Assembly: GCF_018977255.1 (NCBI RefSeq)
Contig: NW_024704743.1
Span: 107,696,001-107,760,000 of the forward strand
Source of the DNA: Callorhinchus milii
Lineage: Eukaryota
Direction: 5' to 3'
Length of the DNA: 64,000 nt
The position numbers and the translations under genes are program-made. Shown here one piece after another: positions 1 to 64,000 of the stretch; position 1 is the stretch's first letter; every line of letters begins with the position of its first letter. The notes beneath the pieces were generated by a model. It was given only the letters and a program-made list of their open reading frames with translations, was not told where the DNA came from and ran no database searches.

Positions 1-279
1 TGGCATTCTGATTTATGGAGGTCCATTGTACTCTCAGTACAAATGTCATCAGTACTTAATTCTTCCAAGTTGATAGCTAGTGAACAGACATTTCCGCCTC
101 CAAAGGCATTACACTGTGATGTACACAACTGCCTTGAGGTACTTGTTAATTTATATGCTTATTTTCCATCCTGAATATTTTAAAATATTTCGAATTTGTC
201 ATCAACTGACCTGCCCATTTAGCCCATTTTTAAATAGGATTGAAAATGAAACCCAGAACAATAGTTTATGATGCACCAA

Positions 280-495
280 GACAGTAGAAGCCATGGGTTT
301 AGAGTTGCAAAGGGCAATTTCCGACAGATACCGGCCGGAAATTAATGACTGGAACAGTTTACTAGTAAGCGTGATTGAGGCCAAGGCACTGGACTCATTT
401 AAAAAGCAACGTGATACTGCAATCGGAGGGTGGGTATTCTGGAGAGATGGGATCCAAATGGCTATCATCTAAACCAATCTTGTGGTTTTGTAAAA
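280..495 (+). mobile_element. Old CR1 LINE 3' fragment
   Basis: Degenerate CR1 ORF2 end (WNSL-like 'gactggaacagttta', 'catttaaaaagcaac') followed by a short 3'UTR. Confidence 0.55.
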
Positions 496-799
496 TAATA
501 ATCACAATTTATTTGTTGTTGCACAATACAATACAAAATTACATTTGTATAATGCCTTTCCCGTCGGGAGGAACTATAAGTCAAGTATGTTATTTCAATT
601 GCTACTAGCTTTCATGTTTAGGTAGTGTACTTAAAAGCCGTCTTGCTTTAAACTCTTTAGTCAGTCTGTTTTTCTCACTTAGATTTATCTTTCTTCGACA
701 TAGTTCAGTTTGCCTTGTATCCACTCAGTCCTAGTGTCCCCTTTTCCATATCTTGTGTAATTCAACTACAATTTCCTGCTAGATTGTCTGCTCCTGTAC

Positions 800-975
800 A
801 TTCGGGACAAGTCTCAAGGCACTTCACAGGATTTACTGTAAATTGTAGTGACTGTATCCTGTAGGCGAATGTGGCAGGTAATTTATGCTCAGTAATATCT
901 TACACATAGCCATGAAAGTCAATAACCAATATGATCTGGGGTGGTTAGTCAGGATACTGGGAGAAATTCCCTTTT
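800..975 (-). mobile_element. Degraded Deu-type SINE 3' portion
   Basis: Reverse complement resembles the SINE tail (tgtgaagtgccttgagac) and central block. Confidence 0.55.
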
Positions 976-1304
976 TTCAGATTTACATCTTTTACAACAG
1001 AATTCTCCCGCTCTCTTGCTATTAAATCTATTACAATTGCCCACTAATAACTTTCATCATTCTTATATACTACCTAATTCTTCAAACTGAAAATGAATTT
1101 AGGAATGGATTGTTGGGACTTCAATACAAAGGGTTACTTAATGGGATTCATCTTCTATTCAAGGTGACTTCGAAATTAACTAAATGTAAATCTGCTCTAG
1201 TGAAAGAATTCCATCATAAATCCTCACTGTAGAACCTGGTTAAGTTTCCATTCACTCTTTATTTGGTTAGCCGAGTGTGTGACACATGCAGAAACCCATC
1301 ACCA

Positions 1305-2175
1305 AGTTTCAGAATATCCAAACCAAACAGAGTTTTATGCATCCCACCTATACATGGAAATTCCAGAAATGTTTATTGGAATGGAATACGCACCTCTTCT
1401 TGCTTACCTAATAATGGAAAGTATTAGACCCAGGTTGGCAAGAGCCTAGGCTTGGGGACCCCAGAGTCTGCGTTGGGATACTGCTGGAGTCTAACCAACT
1501 AATACCGCATAGCTTGCCATTGAAATTACAGTCTGTCAAGTTTTACTGCTGCTTGTCTAGCAAGGACCACCCTACCTGTCAGGGCTTTGGCTTGCAGGGT
1601 TAATAGGAGCTGAGTGGGAAGAGTCGTTAACTCCAGTGACTTGGATGCCCTTCCAAGTTTTGTTGATAAGCCGGGCTTGCAGGGCTGTCATCAGCCTTGG
1701 AGCCGTGCAGACCCACCTGGCTCAAGAACTGGACTACAATAATCCTTGCATTTGATATAGCGCTTCTAGACCTCTCAAAGCGCTTCACAGAATATGCTGT
1801 AAAGTGAATTGACTATATTTGTGGGCTAAACGCGGCAGCCAATTGCGCATAGCAGTGTTCCACAAACAGTCGTGGATTGAGTGACCAAATTATTATTGTT
1901 TTTTTTTGGGGGGAAGGATTATTATTAGGCTATCAAGACCACAACAGGGGCACTAGTTTTCCAGTTGGGGTCACTGGATGTTGATCGAGAATTTAGGATC
2001 CTGTATTCTCTCTTTCGCTCCTTCTTATTTTGGGGCTAACTCGGTCTATTGCGGCATGACGACTGCTACCCTTGCCAATACCAACTCGACAAAAAATTGA
2101 ACATGTGACCTTCTGGCTCATTTGTCTTAGTTCTCCACCAGGGCAGTGTCTTTAACCATCAGGTCACGGGAGGGA
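1305..2175 (-). mobile_element. Unclassified long interspersed repeat with tRNA-like head at the right end (repeat A, copy 1), interrupted by a SINE
   Basis: Colinear similarity to 19548-20095; 2095-2175 is the reverse of the tRNA-like head also seen at 2855 and 39830. Confidence 0.6.
1738..1930 (-). mobile_element. 5'-truncated copy of the tRNA-headed (ATT)n-tailed SINE
   Basis: Reverse complement matches the 3' two-thirds of 63382-63702. Confidence 0.85.
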
Positions 2176-2854
2176 TAGTTGTTTACCAATTCTGCTTTTT
2201 GTTTTAATTTTAGTTTTTAGTTTAAATTGCATTGAATCACACTATTGTAAATCCAAATAGTTCGCTGGAATTTTTAACTTTTAACTTGATGGAACTTTGG
2301 TTTAACATCTTATTTTTTAGAAAAAGGGTCATGCCTAAAATGGTGCTTGACCTTAAACTTCCAACTCAGAGTCAAGGGTACTATCAAACTGACACCTAAA
2401 TCTCTCAACAGTTAAGGTACATTTACAAAAAGAAAAACTGACATTTCTGCCAGATTAATTTCAATAGTCATAAGAACATATGCCTGAATGAGAAATGTCG
2501 ACCCCACTCATTCCACAAAGCACAATTTTTTTATTCATGTTATCCATGATATCCATGGTCATAGAGCAAACTATTCATCCATATCCCTCTTCTTCCCACC
2601 CTGTCTATCCAGCATCACAGTAACAATTGTGTCCCTTAGTATTATTTGGTGATCTCAGTCTACATCTACTGTATTTACTGTTCTGAAACAGGTGTATATT
2701 GAGTTTGTATATTGATTTCTTTATTGAAGGAGTTCATGAACATTGGGAAATGTTCCCAAATCCTTTACTTTGAGGGAAGAAAAAATCTCCTAATCCCCAG
2801 TCTCACTTAAAGCTTTACAATTTTAAGCCTTCACAATCTCAAAGTCTCACCATC

Positions 2855-3012
2855 TAATGGGTAAACAAACCTGGCTATGGAGCACTACGCAGTACGGACC
2901 AGAAGGTGGCAGGTTAATTCTGTAGTGATACCTCATCTCAGCCAAGGCAATAGTTGGGTATCACAATTGACCTCAATGACCTTAAATTTGAAAGAGAAGG
3001 ATGAAAAAATGT
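2855..3012 (+). mobile_element. Old tRNA-like SINE 5' region (AmnSINE2-like, tentative)
   Basis: gggtaaa...gaccagaagg...caggtt...atctcagcc...acaattgacctca; related copies at about 39830 (+), 29385 (+), 11250 (-) and 2095 (-). Confidence 0.5.
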
Positions 3013-4242
3013 CAAATACTTTGCTGGGCCTCATCATTTTGCAAGTTTGAATTCTGCCTTTGCTCTTTTCCAATGAAAAAAGTTGAGTTGTGAAAGCCTT
3101 TCATCATAACCTAGCTCTGAGTCCACTCAAGTGAAAACATCAATCAATTGATCTAATACAATACATAGCAATCTACATTTCTCAACCATGATCAGTTGTT
3201 TCTAAGATTGGTCTCATCAGGATTGGAACTAAGGGATTCTACAGTGTTTTAACAGTCTGTCTGTACTGTACTTAGTCTTATAATCCTTTTAATCTCATTC
3301 TTCACCAATTCCTGTCATAGGATTCACTGGTTTTGATGGTTTATGCTGAATGTCTAATTTGAGTTTGTGGGATTTTTTTAAAGGATTGGTCCTTGCAAAG
3401 AATTTACTTTGGTATTCAGATCAGGAAACAGCCTGGCCAATCCAAAGCCTATTTTAGATATAGTTCTGAATTAAAGAGCTATATCTGTAGATAAAGAGTT
3501 GTTGATGGACTGATCAAATAGGGTTTCCTCTGTTGATGGGCATGAATAGCATAGTGTTGGTATCTTTTTGGTTGGCCAACCAAATACATTTTTCTTTATT
3601 GAATTTTTCTTAATCTATAGCTCATTAGATACTGGAATTTAGGTATTGTGATTTGACGCGAACTTGCATAGAGTGGCGTGGGTGTTTGGTGGGCCAGTTC
3701 TTTATGCTCCAAGAATTCTATCGTGATCGGTTGAAGACCCCTGGTTTATGGTGTTCCTTTTTCATTTTAGTGGGAGATCGGGACTTGTTTAACAATAGAC
3801 GGCAAGCATTTTTTACTCCGTATCTATCACCAATATAGGAATTTCCTTGGATATAGGAACACTAAATGATACATATGACTTTGCGGTATTTTTCACTGTA
3901 TTTAAAAAAATTACAAATCTGTTTATATAAATTATATTATACATCATAATAACTAATGCTTGCAGATTTGTGGTTCATTTATCATTTGAGGAAGTGGAAA
4001 GTTTTCTAAATATAGTCGAGCCAATTGCTTTTTATTCTTGCTTGTTGATCAGCTGTTCGTCTGATTGTTCAGAGATTAGATTTCTTTGACCTTTCATAAA
4101 ATTATTAATGGAAATGAAAAAAGGCTGTTTGAAATACTTTTAGCTCAATTTGGGATAAATTGTTTAAGTAAACTAGAAGAATCATTTAATGCACATTGCT
4201 GTTCCACGGTATACAGTATTAAGAAATATTTGTACTTTGCAG

Positions 4243-63355
<59,113 letters not shown>

Positions 63356-63381
63356 GTAAGTTGGCATTATGCTGGTTATTT

Positions 63382-63702
63382 GGGAGTCCTGTAGCTCAGT
63401 GGTTAGAGCACTTGCTTTGCAAGCGAGAGACCTGGGTTCAATTCCAGGCAGGGCGAAACCTCGGGCAAGTTTCCTTACGCCACACACCTAATAATAATCC
63501 CTCCAAAAAACAAAACAATAATAAATTGGTCATTTTCAATCCATGACTGTTTGTGGGACACCGCTGTGCGCAATTGGCTGCTGCGTTCGCCCACAAATAT
63601 ACAGTCAATTTACTTTGCAGTATATTCTGTGAAGGGCTTTGAGACTTCTAGAAGACATAAAAAGCGCTATATCAAATGCTAGGATTATTATTATTATTAT
63701 TC
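63382..63702 (+). mobile_element. Full-length tRNA(Ala)-headed SINE with target-site duplication, 26 nt after exon 37
   Basis: A/B boxes, central tgtgcgcaattggctgc block, L2-like tail and (att)n; ggttattt at 63374-63381 and 63703-63710. Confidence 0.94.
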
Positions 63703-64000
63703 GGTTATTTCTTGAAGAGGTAACTGGATTTTTTTGTAAGAGAATCTGTACAAAGCCCAGCTGAAAACTGTCTATGTAACACCAATATTGTCTTTGATAA
63801 TGTCATACCTGTTATGGTAATGCAGTTTTTGTTTCAATCCTCATTCACCTAAGATGAATTATTTAGTAGGTAACCCAGTTTGCATACATGATCAATCAAA
63901 TTTAGATCAGGTGACTGCACTTTGCTTTTGCAGCTGAATTATAGCACAGTTGACTTTGTTATGGGTTCATAAAGGTGCTTTATAATGCAAAAAATAGATG

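Noticed and set aside
63382..63455. tRNA-Ala-like sequence (also at 56911, 43050, 42050 and 27998)
   Set aside because: No proper acceptor stem, and it continues into a SINE body and tail with TSDs; these are SINE heads, not tRNA genes

Overview
Vertebrate genomic DNA with no prokaryotic features. The repeat complement (L2 LINEs with (TTG)n tails, CR1 LINEs, tRNA-headed Deu-type SINEs) suggests a cartilaginous fish, but that is inference. The whole window lies inside one + strand gene, CHD7. I traced 34 consecutive GT-AG coding exons, equivalent to human exons 4-37, from 4243 to 63355; they are phase-compatible and have no stops. They encode two chromodomains, the SNF2 ATPase/helicase lobes, a SANT-like region and two BRK domains. 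The first exons and the last exon lie outside the window. The introns carry 5'-truncated L2 and CR1 LINEs (several nested), tRNA(Ala)-headed SINEs sharing the L2 3' stem-loop, and unclassified repeats. The most interesting non-repeat signal is in intron 34 (about 55750-56160): tandem RNA hairpins followed by a well-formed in-frame 39-nt cassette exon, a G-run-rich 95-nt mini-intron, and a second 18-nt (or poison) microexon candidate. Also notable are loss of an aromatic residue in chromodomain 1, in-frame read-through from exon 28 into a CR1 ORF2 fragment, and a promoter-like motif cluster in intron 9. Exon numbers follow human CHD7 by homology, recalled rather than aligned. Repeat boundaries are approximate.
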